Assembly (NCBI GenBank): GCA_950097015.1
Contig: CATNEN010000027.1
Span: forward strand, 434,001 to 498,000
DNA length: 64,000 nt
Reading direction: 5' to 3'
From: Macrostomum hystrix
Lineage: Eukaryota > Animalia > Platyhelminthes
Shown: in pieces, positions 11,176-22,407 of the stretch
How positions within the stretch are numbered: position 1 is the first letter of the stretch
How the letters are laid out: the number at the start of each line of letters is the position of its first letter
Notes under the pieces: model-generated
The model's input: only the letters and a program-made list of their open reading frames with translations
Database searches by the model: none
Told to the model about the DNA's origin: nothing
Position numbers and translations under genes: made by a program

Positions 11176-12903
11176 GCTCTTGACCACAGTGCTCTAGACT
11201 ACGGGGATGTTGCTTACAGAATCTTTCCCAAGCCTGAGGATGTGGGCAGTTTAGCACAGCTTCGCCAGCTCTGCCTAGCCGAAGCCGCCTTGGTGTCGGC
11301 CGGGCACGCCTGGCATGACCGTCCGTTTCATTTGCGCCTGTCGCCGTCATCGCCTACTGGCGCGCCCTGCGAACACCTGACTGGCCAGCTGCGAGTGGAC
11401 GATTGCGTTCACGACGAATGGATGATTGTGCGCATTCTCCTAGCCATCACTAGGAAATTGTCATCTAGTGGAGTTCTGGCTGCTGAAATTGTTGACGACG
11501 ATGGTCAATTTCTATTGGCTGAGGCTGCCGAACAGCTTCCTGATTGGCTGGAGCCGGACACAGCAGAAAACAGGGCCTGGCTAGTCGAAGGTCGGCTGCA
11601 CATCATCACTGCTAAGCGGGGTGGTGTAGGCCTCCAATCTGGCGGCGTTGGACTTGCCGAAGCTCTGCGCCTACTGGCTGAAAATGCTCGAACTCCCGAC
11701 GCCGAAGTTCTATGTCTGAATGAGGAGGCGCAGGCCTGTCTGACTAGGCGAGCCGCTGATTTACTCGACGCTCAGCCGGTGACGCATCGAGCTCACGCTC
11801 TCTTGCCCGCCCCGCTGGCCGCAGCTTTTGCCGCCCGGCCAGACCTTCTGGGACCCGTGGCGGCCGCATTTTGTCGACGCGACGCTGTGGAAGCTCGTAG
11901 ATGTCGCCGTAGGCAGTGCTCAGCCGATGTGCTCAATGGCAAGCTGACAGTGACCGCACCTGTGCTCAATCGGTGTCGCTATGCTCAGCTGATGTCGCAG
12001 GCGGAAGCTGGCTATGCTCCCGACCGACGCTCGGACTGGGGCGTCGCCGCCGCCACCGCCGCGGTTTCCGCGTCGGCTTCGCCTCAGGAGGTAGCCGCGA
12101 ATCGTCGAGCCCTTCAATTGGGTTTGATGCTAACCCACGGAGCTGAGATTCTACTAGCAAAGTGCGCGAATTCCGGCGAGCATGTCGACGATGCCAGCAG
12201 CGGCGCCGAGGAGGACATCGAGGACGACCTGTCAGCGGGTCGCTTGCTAACGCGGCTTTGTCGAAACGCTCCGCCAGTGTCAGACAGCGTCGAATTGCCC
12301 GAGTCCGACGACTGGCTGACGGTGACGCCGGAACAATTGGACGAACTGATGGCTCGCGCGGCCGGCCGAAGGCCAACTGATCTCGCCGACTTGACTGACG
12401 ATGGCGCCGCGGTTGGCGCCTTTGCCGGCTTTTTGCGCGCCGAGTCCAGCCTCGACGGCGTGGAGTCCTCGAGAGCAGCGTCCAAGTCGACGATTTCTTC
12501 GACGAAGTTGAGCATCGACGCAGATGGTCTGGTTGCCTCAATGAATCGAATCTTTGACGAAATTATTCAGGACGATGATGCGGAAGATAGCGACCACGGA
12601 GATGCAGACTCCGCTGATGACGATACTGGTGACGAAGTCGACGATTTGGACGATATCGACAGTGACGATGAAAATCCGAAGCAAAATATTAGAAAAAACA
12701 GACGACAGCGCTTGTTAATGCAGCGCTACATGCGCCAGATGGACGCAGAGCTGACTGGAACAGCTGCGCGCGGAAGCGGCGGCGACGACTGCGGCCGCAC
12801 ACTTGAGGTTGCCTTCGCTGCCGAGCAATCGCTGCGACCCGGTCCGCTTAGCGGCCTATTCTCCGCCGCTGGCATTGCCCCGAAGACTCCGCGGCGTCCG
12901 TGA
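11176..12903 (+). CDS. ECD: Ecdysoneless (ECD/SGT1 family) protein, single coding exon, no ATG at its 5' end
   Basis: Family motifs WHDRPFHL, DEWMIV, DDDGQFLLAEAAEQLPDWLEPDTAENRAWL, NRCRYAQLMSQ, DSDDWL, YMRQMDAEL. Acceptor TTGCAG at 11170-11175; in-frame TAA at 11161. Confidence 0.92.
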   Translation, partial: ALDHSALDYGDVAYRIFPKPEDVGSLAQLRQLCLAEAALVSAGHAWHDRPFHLRLSPSSPTGAPCEHLTGQLRVDDCVHDEWMIVRILLAITRKLSSSGVLAAEIVDDDGQFLLAEAAEQLPDWLEPDTAENRAWLVEGRLHIITAKRGGVGLQSGGVGLAEALRLLAENARTPDAEVLCLNEEAQACLTRRAADLLDAQPVTHRAHALLPAPLAAAFAARPDLLGPVAAAFCRRDAVEARRCRRRQCSADVLNGKLTVTAPVLNRCRYAQLMSQAEAGYAPDRRSDWGVAAATAAVSASASPQEVAANRRALQLGLMLTHGAEILLAKCANSGEHVDDASSGAEEDIEDDLSAGRLLTRLCRNAPPVSDSVELPESDDWLTVTPEQLDELMARAAGRRPTDLADLTDDGAAVGAFAGFLRAESSLDGVESSRAASKSTISSTKLSIDADGLVASMNRIFDEIIQDDDAEDSDHGDADSADDDTGDEVDDLDDIDSDDENPKQNIRKNRRQRLLMQRYMRQMDAELTGTAARGSGGDDCGRTLEVAFAAEQSLRPGPLSGLFSAAGIAPKTPRRP

Positions 12904-12974
12904 AATTGATGCGGCCAATCCTTCTTAACAGATTCAATTCGTTGCCCACACTTGATATCTACTGTGTTCCGCAT

Positions 12975-13695
12975 TTTACCCGCTCTCTTCCGCCCTTTAC
13001 CAGCTCTCTTCCGCTTTTTACCCGCTCCTTTTCGCCCTTTACCCGCTCCTTTTCGCCCTTTTACCCGCTCTTTTCCGCCCTTTGCCGTCTCTCTTCCGCC
13101 CTTTACCGTCTCTCTTCCGCCTTTTACCGTCTCTCTTCCGCCTTTTACCGTCTCTCTTCCGCCTTTTACCGTCTCTCTTCCGCCTTTTACCGTCTCTCTT
13201 CCGCCTTTTACCGTATCTCTTCCGCCTTTTACCGTCTCTCTTCCGCCCTTTACCGTCTCTCTTCCGCCCTTTACCCGCTCTTTTCCGCCTTGTAACCCCT
13301 CCTTCCTGCCCTTTACCGTCTCTCTTCCGCCCTTTACCGTCTCTCTTCCGCCTTTTACCGTCTCTCTTCCGCCTTTTACCGTCTCTCTTCCGCCTTTTAC
13401 CGTATCTCTTCCGCCTTTTACCGTCTCTCTTCCGCCCTTTACCGTCTCTCTTCCGCCCTTTACCCGCTCTTTTCCGCCTTGTAACCCCTCCTTCCTGCCC
13501 TTTACCGTCTCTCTTCCGCCCTTTACCGTCTCTCTTCCGCCTTTTACCATCTTTCTTCCGCCCTTTACCCTCTCTCTTCCGCCCTTTACCCGCTTCTTTT
13601 CGCCCTTTTACCCTCTCTCTTCCTCCCTTTGCCCGCTCCTTTTCGCCCTTTACCGTCTCTCTTCCGCCCTTTAACCCCTCCTTCCTGCCCTTTAC
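12975..13695. repeat. 21-bp pyrimidine-rich minisatellite (CCTTTACCGTCTCTCTTCCGC)n
   Basis: Tandem units; explains ORFs 12726-13699. Confidence 0.97.
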
Positions 13696-13969
13696 CTGAT
13701 TTGTTCTGCTACCTGATCATAGAGTGCTCTAAAATTCTCTGTTGTCTGTTGTCGCATTTTATAACAAAATAACAACACAACTTGTTTCATAATTGTTTCT
13801 AGTTTTTTTTCCAAGAAAATCTCTCGTTTATGAAACTAGTGTAGTAGTTGGAGCTATTTATTTGTACTATCTGAGACTTGGCTCGTGTGTGTAATCCGTG
13901 TTTAACCTACAAATAATCCAGCCCATGCAGAAATTTCAGCCGAATCTATTTTCCACGCGCAGCCCAGCC

Positions 13970-14233
13970 ATGTCTGACGACTACGAAGAATATAATTACG
14001 ACGCCGACAAGTTGGGCGGCAAAGGCGGCAAAGGTCGCAGCAAGAAGGACCAGGCTGAGCACAAAGACTCGGAGTCGGCTGGCAGACACGATCGCATTGC
14101 TGTGCAAAAGTTGGAGAATAATCGCGAGCACCAGAAGGAGGCCAATCTCAATCCTGGTCCGAAGACTGCCAAAGCGGCTGCCAAAAAGTGCAACGCCGAG
14201 GGCGAAGATAAAGTCGACATTGACAGTATCTAG
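13970..14233 (+). CDS. NUPR1: Nuclear protein 1 / p8-like (87 aa)
   Basis: MSDDYEEYNYDADKLGGKGGKGRSKKDQAEH..GRHDRIAVQKLENN matches the p8 pattern DxYExYxxD..G+xRxK+E..GHxRKxxxKLxN; AATAAA near 14543. Confidence 0.8.
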   Translation: MSDDYEEYNYDADKLGGKGGKGRSKKDQAEHKDSESAGRHDRIAVQKLENNREHQKEANLNPGPKTAKAAAKKCNAEGEDKVDIDSI

Positions 14234-15022
14234 GCAACTGATTTCCTACTGATTGGTTTGCTGGTGGCTGGCAACAAAAGGAATTGCAAGATTGCAATAC
14301 GCTTTCTTAGAAGTACTTTAGCGGTCTTATTTCTGCTAGTTTTTTGTTTAAGGTGGTCGGGTTATTTTGTGATTTTCAATTTCAGCTTTTGTTCGTGTTA
14401 GCGCCGCATGTTTCTGCTCTTAATTCTGGTCCAAAAAAGTCGGCATTTGTTAGCAAAGTGAATTTGTTGGCATCGCCACCAGAATTGCGACATGATTATA
14501 TATTTTGGCCTCATCTGCATACACTGCCCATATTTAACATCTAATAAAAGCTTATAAAATATATACTTTCATACAAATTGTTCTTATTTTCGTTGCTTTT
14601 TCATTTGGTGCTGCTTTTTAATAAAAAAATTCTTCAACCATTGCACTCAATCTATTGTAGTCTTATCTTGGTGAACTTTTAGTGTCGAATTTCCTCTCTG
14701 CTATTGTGCCCATATTCAAACAAAGTCCTGTACTTCTCCGTCATCTGTTCATGAGCAATAACAATCATTGGAAGTGTATGTTTGTCATCCAGAGAGTGTT
14801 TTTTAAACCCGGTTTGGTGTATTGAAGACATGAACAGCCATTGTGAGAAACTATTGGTCAAAGTTTAATAAATCACAAGAGTACCTTGTCTCATGACTGT
14901 GCGTCTGTTCGTTGACTTTTGTCTAAGTTTTCTTTTTATTTCCATGTTACATTATTTATTTTAACAGTGGAGTTCCGTGTTTTGGTATTTTTATCCCGTT
15001 TTCCACTATAGTTGGGATTGTT

Positions 15023-15379
15023 AATAATAATAATAATTGGAGGAGGGTTGCGGGCAGTGGCACATCATTTAGTGACCAGCAGCCAGCGAGGAGGCAATTC
15101 TGCCCATTTCGCTGACTCCTGAGCACACACGCACACAGATACTGTACGCAGGCATACGCTCGCACAGGTGTGACATCTGCCCTGACTTTCTCATCGTCAG
15201 GCAGTGTACACTCTCACTGTGCCTTGGAGGTTGGCCCTCAAGGGCGCAAATTGCACGACTAGACTCCAAGCCTTCTCTCCGCGGCTGCGCCACAAATAAA
15301 TGTGGCCTCGCCGTGGAATCGAACTTAGGGACCTTGGTGCGAGAGGCAAACGCGATAACCGCTCTGCCACCGACCCTCC
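15023..15379 (-). mobile_element. SINE family B, copy 2, full length with (ATT)n tail and 13-bp TSD
   Basis: AGTTGGGATTGTT at 15010-15022 and 15380-15392; (AAT)n at 15023-15037; tRNA-like head at the right end. Confidence 0.9.
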
Positions 15380-15868
15380 AGTTGGGATTGTTGGTTTGTA
15401 GGATTTTTATCTCTTCTTTCACATCCCTAAGGATTGATTTGTTAAACTTTTAATCCACTTTCCCACTTTCTCCAGCATTTAATTTGTAGGATTTTCATCC
15501 CACTCTCTCACTTGACAAAAATTTTTTTTTTGAATCGAATTCCAGTTTACCAAATATTTGATATGTAGGATGTTTATCCGGCCTGTTGTCCCCCTTCGGC
15601 CAGGATTTAGTAAGTTTTATGTAGCCACCATTTTTCGCTTCGGTTGAAATGAACTTTTTTGTCCCACATTCCCACCATTATTAGGATTAGATTGATAGGA
15701 TATTTATCCCTATTTTCGATACGTCCTAATTTATTGGATTTTTCAATAATTATTTATAAATGCTTCTATTTTTCGTATTTCAGCGCCACATTTTACCAAC
15801 AGATAAACAGACAATAACTCACTACTAGACATAGAATAATCGAACAATTCAAAATCTGCTGCTCAACA

Positions 15869-17331
15869 ATGTCCGGTCACCAGCTGTCCTACACCACAGA
15901 TCAGCTAATCGGCGGCCTGACTGCCGTGCTGGACTCTGACGGCAATCCTCTCGGTGGCGGTGGCGGAGGTCGCTCCGTTCACTACGCGTCCGCTTACGCT
16001 GGCGACGCTATGCACCATCATCATCTGCAGCAGCAGCAGCAGCAGCATCATCATCAGGCTGCCGCCGCCAATGCTCAGCAGCAGCAGCAGCAGCAGCACT
16101 GGGGCGGAGCCGGTGGCGGCGGTGGCGGCGGTGGTGCCGGCGGAAGCTCCCACGCGGCCAGCATGTTCACCACTAGACAGGATAAGAGTCTGGGCATTCT
16201 AACCGAAAGATTTGTCCAATTATTGAAGGATGCTCCAGACGGTGTTCTAGATTTGAAAGCCGCGGCCGAGTATCTGCGAGTCGGACAGAAGCGTCGAATC
16301 TACGACATAACCAACGTGCTGGAAGGCATCGGCCTGATTGAGAAGCGCAGCAAGAACTGTGTGCAATGGAAGGGCGCCAGTCCAGCCACCAATTCGCCAG
16401 AAATTCAGGCTAAACTGTCCCAGCTAACCGACGAAATCAACCACTTGAAGCATCTGGAGAGCAAGATGGACGCCTATAAGCAGCAGATTGAACAGTCGCT
16501 GGTGAATGTCACCCAGGATCCGGATAACCAGCCCTATGTCTACATGACTCACCAGGACCTATGCGCCATCTTCGAGGGCAAAACTTCTCTAGTTATCAAG
16601 GCGCCCCACGGCACCCGGCTAGAGGTGAGCTGCTAGTAGGGGCGGTTGAAGGGGGATGTGAAGCGCTTAAATTGATGTAGAGGGGCGGTTTAATTGAGGT
16701 AGAGAGCGGTTAAATCGAGGTACAGGGGTTAAATTGATGTACAGGGCCGTTAAATAAATTTAGAGTGGGCGGTTAAGTGGAGGTAGAGGAGGCGCTTAAA
16801 GGGGGTAGATGGAGCGGTTTAATAGAGGTAGATGGGGAGCGGTTAAATGGAGGTAGGTAGGGCTGTTACCTGTAAGTACAGGGCGGGTGGAAAGACAGAG
16901 ATAGGAAAGCAGCGTCCCAACCCCGCACCCGTGAAACGCAGGTGCCAATACCGGACGAGCATGAGACGTACTACGCAGACGGCGGCCGTCGTGTGCAGTA
17001 CCAAGTTCACCTGCGCTCGGCGTCGGCCCCAATCACCGTGCTGGTCATCAACCAGGACGACGCTGATGTTGAAGGCGGTGGCGCTGGCGTCGGCGGCGGA
17101 ATGCGGGTTGTTCCAGTATCTGGCCAAATCGACGAGATTATCGACCAGGAACGACAGCAGCAGCAGCAGCAGCAGCTGACCTCGAGCGGCGATGCCGGAG
17201 ATGCCGATGCCAACGGCTCGACTGTGGAAGGCGGCGGTGATGGCGTCAGTGGCGGACCATCCCGACGCAACCAGGAGTTTCCCTTTGTGCTGCGGGAGGA
17301 CGAGGGTCTGTTTGCGCTGTTTGAGGCTTGA
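15869..17331 (+). CDS. E2F4/5: E2F4/E2F5-type transcription factor; exons 15869-16624 and 16942-17331
   Basis: [47 protein letters not shown] (DNA-binding domain), coiled coil, marked box ([10 protein letters not shown]|VPIP..YQVHLRS), C-terminal pocket-binding-like [17 protein letters not shown]. Phase-0 GTGAGC/GCAG intron. Confidence 0.96.
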
Positions 17332-17429
17332 AAGCTTCTGCGTTTTAAACTTAAGGCGATATGATAACATCAGTTACACAGCGGCTGGCAAACTGTGGCC
17401 CCGGCTTTTAATGCGCCCGGGCCCTTCCG

Positions 17430-17985
17430 ATGTGTCTCATCTCTCTCCTGTCTCATCTCATTTCTGTCTCATCTCTCTCCTGTCTCATCTATCTCCTGTC
17501 TCATCTCATTCTGTCTCATCTCATTTCTGTCTCATCTCTCTCCTGTCTCATCTCTCTTCTGTCTCATCTCTCTCCTGTCTCATCTCTCTCCTGTCTCATC
17601 TCTCTCCTGTCTCATCTCTCTTCTGTCTCATCTCTCTCCTGTCTCATCTCTCTCCTGTCTCATCTCATTTCTGTCTCATCTCATTTCTGTCTCATCTCTC
17701 TCCTGTCGCATCTCATTCTGTCTCATCTCACTCCTGTCTTATCTCTCTCCTGTCTCATCTCATTCTGTCTCATCTCTCTCCTGTCTCATCTCTCTCCTGT
17801 CTCATCTCATTTCTGTCTCATCTCTCTCCTGTCTCATCTCTCTCCTGTCTCATCTCTCTCCTGTCTCATCTCACTCCTGTCTCATCTCTCCCCTGTCTCA
17901 TCTCTCTCCTGTCTCATCTCTCTCCTGTCTCATCTCTCTCCTGTCTCATCTCACTCTGTCTCATCTCTCCCCTGTCTCATCTCTT
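17430..17985. repeat. 16-17-bp minisatellite (CTGTCTCATCTCTCTC)n
   Basis: Tandem units; same family, inverted, at 45030-45240. Confidence 0.95.
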
Positions 17986-18671
17986 CCTTTAGTTCATTCG
18001 TATGTTATATCATCTCTAGACCATTCGACCCAATGTCGTATAAACTCTAGCCTTGTCTCGCGAGTCTAATGTTTGCCGGCCTCTTGAGCAAATGATGAAA
18101 AAACTAGTTAACGGACTTTATTAATTCGTTCTTTTTGTGTAAAAACACTAATACAATTATTCAATTCTTATTGTAGTAATGTTATGAAAAAGAACATTAT
18201 TTTTGCACATTGTATTCGCAGTTTTTAGTGCACACTAAATATGCTCCCTGTTTATAATTATGCAAGAATAAGAATTTATCGATTGCATAAATTTAGTCAT
18301 CTGTCAACTGAATAAGTATTTGTTATTTTATTATCTGTAACCTGTAATGTAAAATTATGTGCATTTCTATTTGTTAATTATTCAAATTAGCTTCGTATCT
18401 TTTGTCTGTTTGTCGCAAATGCAAAGCATTCTCTGGCAGCTTTTCATAGTGCAACTACACTGCAAATTACTCTTTGTAGCTATGCTATCTCCATATATAA
18501 TTCTAACGAGTAAGTAAGCTTTTGTTGTAAAATAAATTCAATGTTACCTTAGCAAAAGGTTGGCCAAAAGTGCGAATACGCTTGTATCCTCGAATTCATT
18601 TTATTTTTATGCTGAAATTTCCAGGGGTTAGAAAGTACTAAAGTGGTTCGTCTCAGGACGGATATTGTCCT

Positions 18672-19345
18672 GAGACAGGTGAAGTGGTTGTCCACTGACC
18701 TGAGACTGGGTAGATGAATGTCCACTGACCTGAGACTGGGTAGATGACTGTCCACTGACCTCAGACTGGGTAGATGACTGTCCACTGACCTGAGACTGGG
18801 GAGGTGACTGTCCACTGACCTGAGACTTGGTAGATGACTGTCCACTGACCTGAGACTGGGGAGGTGACTGTCCACTGACCTGAGACTGGGGAGGTGACTG
18901 TCCACTGACCTGAGACTTGGTAGATGACTGTCCACTGACCTGAGACTGGGTAGATGACTGTCCACTGACCTCAGACTGGGTAGATGACTGTCCACTGACC
19001 TGAGAATGGGGAGGTGACTGTCCACTGACCTGAGACTAGGTAGATGACTGTCCACTGACCTGAGAATGGGGAGGTGACTGTCCACTGACCTGAGACTGGG
19101 TAGATGACTGTCCACTGACCTGAGACTGGGGAGGTGACTGTCCACTGACCTGAGACTGCGGAGGTGGCTGTCCACTGACCTCAGACTGGGTAGATGACTG
19201 TCCACTGACCTGAGACTGGGTAGATGAATGTCCACTGACCTGATACTGAGTAGATGACTGTCCACTGACCTGAGACTGGGTAGATGACTGTCCACTGACC
19301 TGAGACTAGGTAGATGACTGTCCACTGACCTGTGTCTGGGGAGGT
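18672..19345. repeat. 30-bp minisatellite GTCCACTGACCTGAGACTGGGTAGATGACT
   Basis: Tandem units in register every 30 nt. Confidence 0.97.
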
Positions 19346-19401
19346 GGCTGTCCACAACAAACCTGCACCCTGACTCTGATTTTCAGCCCAGCGAGGCCAA
19401 A

Positions 19402-20031
19402 ATGGGCTCGGCACTGTCCGCCTATCTTCATCACGATGATCTAGCCGACATTGACGCTGCCAAGATCTCGTCGGACACCGGCCTGTCGAAAGCCACGGTG
19501 CATCGGCTGCACCGTCGCTTCAACAAGCTCTGCCTGCGCGGCAATGAGGCAGCCTCCCTGACGGCATCGACCTCTTCCCTACCCGGTGGCAGCGTCGGTC
19601 ACACCAACGGCGTGAAGCTGCTTAGCAGGCGTCAGATGATGTCAGATCCTGAGCTGTCGTTGAATCCACTGAGTGCTCGCATTGTTTGCGCCCTTTATCC
19701 GCGCGGCTCTGACGTGATGTCGTTCCCGGAATTCTGCTCCGCCATTGCAGTCTTCCAGCCGGCCCACACGCCGGCCCAACGCGAGGCCAAACTGCAGTTT
19801 GTCTACCGCATGCTGGACATTGAGGAGAATGACTATTTGAGTCTCGGCGAGCTCAGCTCGCTGCTGCACATGCTTGTTGGCAATAATTTGCCGCTGGAAC
19901 AGATTCAATCCATCGCCTGTCGGGCCCTCTCTGAGGTCGATCAAGCTAAGGACAATCGCATCTCCTACGAAGAGTTCTTGATAGCTATGGAGGGCCTTAA
20001 TATAGAAGAGAAGATGGCTATTCACTTTTGA
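19402..20031 (+). CDS. CHP1: Calcineurin B homologous protein (CHP1-like EF-hand protein), intronless CDS
   Basis: MGSALS (myristoylation), PELSLNPLSARIV, KLQFVYRMLD, LHMLVGNNL..EQIQSIA.RALSEVD, EEKMAIHF align with CHP1. Acceptor TTTTCAG just upstream of the ATG. Confidence 0.88.
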   Translation: MGSALSAYLHHDDLADIDAAKISSDTGLSKATVHRLHRRFNKLCLRGNEAASLTASTSSLPGGSVGHTNGVKLLSRRQMMSDPELSLNPLSARIVCALYPRGSDVMSFPEFCSAIAVFQPAHTPAQREAKLQFVYRMLDIEENDYLSLGELSSLLHMLVGNNLPLEQIQSIACRALSEVDQAKDNRISYEEFLIAMEGLNIEEKMAIHF

Positions 20032-20129
20032 ATCATTTTTCTGAACTTTCTCTTGCAAGTTAAGCTGGAAGCTGAATTAAATTGCCTGGAGTGTCTAAGC
20101 CTCGATAACCTTTCACCCGCAGTCTGAAA

Positions 20130-20915
20130 CCTAACCACCCCAAATGGTACATTCTCTCAGCCCAACACCCTCTAACCCACCGGCTTCAATGTACATCCTC
20201 TCAGCCCAACACCCTCTAACCCACCGGCTTCAATTTACATCCTCTCAGCCCAACACCCTCTAACCCACCGGCTTCAATGTACATCCTCTCAGCCCAACAC
20301 CCTCTTTACCACCGGCTTCAATGTACATCCTCTCAGCCCAACACCCTCTAACCCACCGGCTTCAATGTACATCCTCTCAGCCCAACACCCTCTTTACCAC
20401 CGGCTTCAATGTACATCCTCTCAGCCCAACACCCTCTAACCCACCGGCTTCAATGTACATCCTCTCAGCCCAACACCCTCTTTACCACCGGCTTCAATGT
20501 ACATCCTCTCAGCCCAACACCCTCTAACCCACCGGCTTCAATGTACATCCTCTCAGACTAACACCCTCTAACCCACCGGCTTCAATGTACATCCTCTCAG
20601 CCCAACACCCTCTTTACCACCGGCTTCAATGTACATCCTCTCAGCCCAACACCCTCTAACCCACCGGCTTCAATGTACATCCTCTCAGCCCAACACCCTC
20701 TAACCCACCGGCTTCAATGTACATCCTCTCAGCCCAACAACCTCTAACCCACCGGCTTCAATGTACATCCTCTCAGACTAACACCCTCTAACCCACCGGC
20801 TTCAATGTACATCCTCTCAGCCCAACAACCTCAGTCTAACCCACCGGCTTCAATGTACATCCTCTCAGCCCAACAACCTCTAACCCACCGGCTTCAATGT
20901 ACATCCTCTCAGCCT
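20130..20915. repeat. 44-bp minisatellite CTTCAATGTACATCCTCTCAGCCCAACACCCTCTAACCCACCGG
   Basis: Tandem units, period 44. Confidence 0.97.
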
Positions 20916-21842
20916 AGCACTTCTATTGCAGATTTAACCAATCCTAGCATGACGCTTTAACGACCTCCACTTCCAAGCTTTTTAATTCACTTTGCACCTG
21001 TCTGTTCAACAGCGTTCAAATCTTGGCTTAATAATAATTTGTAGCTTTAGTTGTTTTTTCCTTGCTACTGATAGTAGTATAGCGTCAATAAAATTCGCAT
21101 CTGCCTTTTTCCCAGCAGCTGGTGTTGCAGCTTCTTTGTAAGTGCTCAAATATATTTTATAGTATAGTTTAGAGTAGTTTTTAATCGCCCGTGACTGAAC
21201 GTCATGTCTTATATATTTGCCTTTTATAAAAACTTATTTTAGTCACAAACACACAAATTTCACTTTTTAATTATGAGCGATCTGCTTCAATTCGGACACT
21301 TTGGCACTGTCTCTTCGCTTGCCAATCGCTTTTTATTATCATATTTTTGTACTTTAGAATCTCTCAACCGATTATAAGCTTTTCGCTTTTAAATTTTCTT
21401 GATTATGAATTTTCGATTTTTTGCTATCGCCTTCTGCTGCATTCCAGTATTCTTTGGCAGTATCTTTGGCTGCCGTTTCATTAAAGTGATTCAAATGTTA
21501 AAAGTCAATCTGGCTTAACTGTTTTTACTGATTGTGATTTTTGTGTGCATCTACACACATTTTTGTTTATCTAACCTCTTTTTTCTTATTAGTGAAGTGT
21601 AAAGGCTTTGCACAAATTGTTTTTTGTTGATTGGAATAGCTAAAAAACATTCATTTGCTGACGAGGCCAGTAAGTCTAAAAAAGAAATCTTTTTTTGTTT
21701 ATATATTATAATGAAAGTTATAGCAAGAACACTAAAATCACATGGCAAGCTAAAATATTTCTAATTCATTGTACCAAATGTTTTCTACTGTATACTAACA
21801 GCCAGGTTTTTAACCTCTGCCTGAGATGTACACTTACCTACA

Positions 21843-22407
21843 AACCCTCTAACCCGTCCCCCAAAGTACACTGGCTCCCTAACCCTCTAACCCCTCCCCC
21901 AAAGTACACTGGCTCCCTAGCCCTCTAACCCGTCCCCCAATGTACACTGACTCCCTAACCCTCTAACCCGTCCCCCAATGTACACTGACTCCCTAACCCT
22001 CTAACCCGTCCCCTAAAGTACACTGACTCCCTAACCCTCTAACCCGTCCCCCAATGTACACTGACTCCCTAACCACTCTAACCCGTCCCCCAAAGTACAC
22101 TGGCTCCCTAACCCTCTAACCCGTCCCCCAATGTACACTGACTCCCTAACCCTCTAACCCCTCCCCCAAAGTACACTGGCTCCCTAACCCTCTAACTCGT
22201 CCCCCAAAGTACACTGGCTCCCTAACCCTCTAACTCGTCCCCCAAAGTACACTGGCTCCCTAACCCTCTAACCCGTCCCCCAATGTACACTGACTCCCTA
22301 ACCCTCTAACCCGTCCCCCAAAGTACACTGACTCCCTAACCCTCTAACCCGTCCCCTAAAGTACACTGACTCCCTAACCCTCTAACCCGTCCCCCAATGT
22401 ACACTGG
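21843..22407. repeat. About 38-bp minisatellite containing telomere-like CCCTAA (CCCTAACCCTCTAACCCGTCCCCCAAAGTACACTGGCT)
   Basis: Tandem units; the - strand of each unit reads GGGGG-AC-GGG-TTAGA-GGG-TTA-GGG. Confidence 0.97.
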
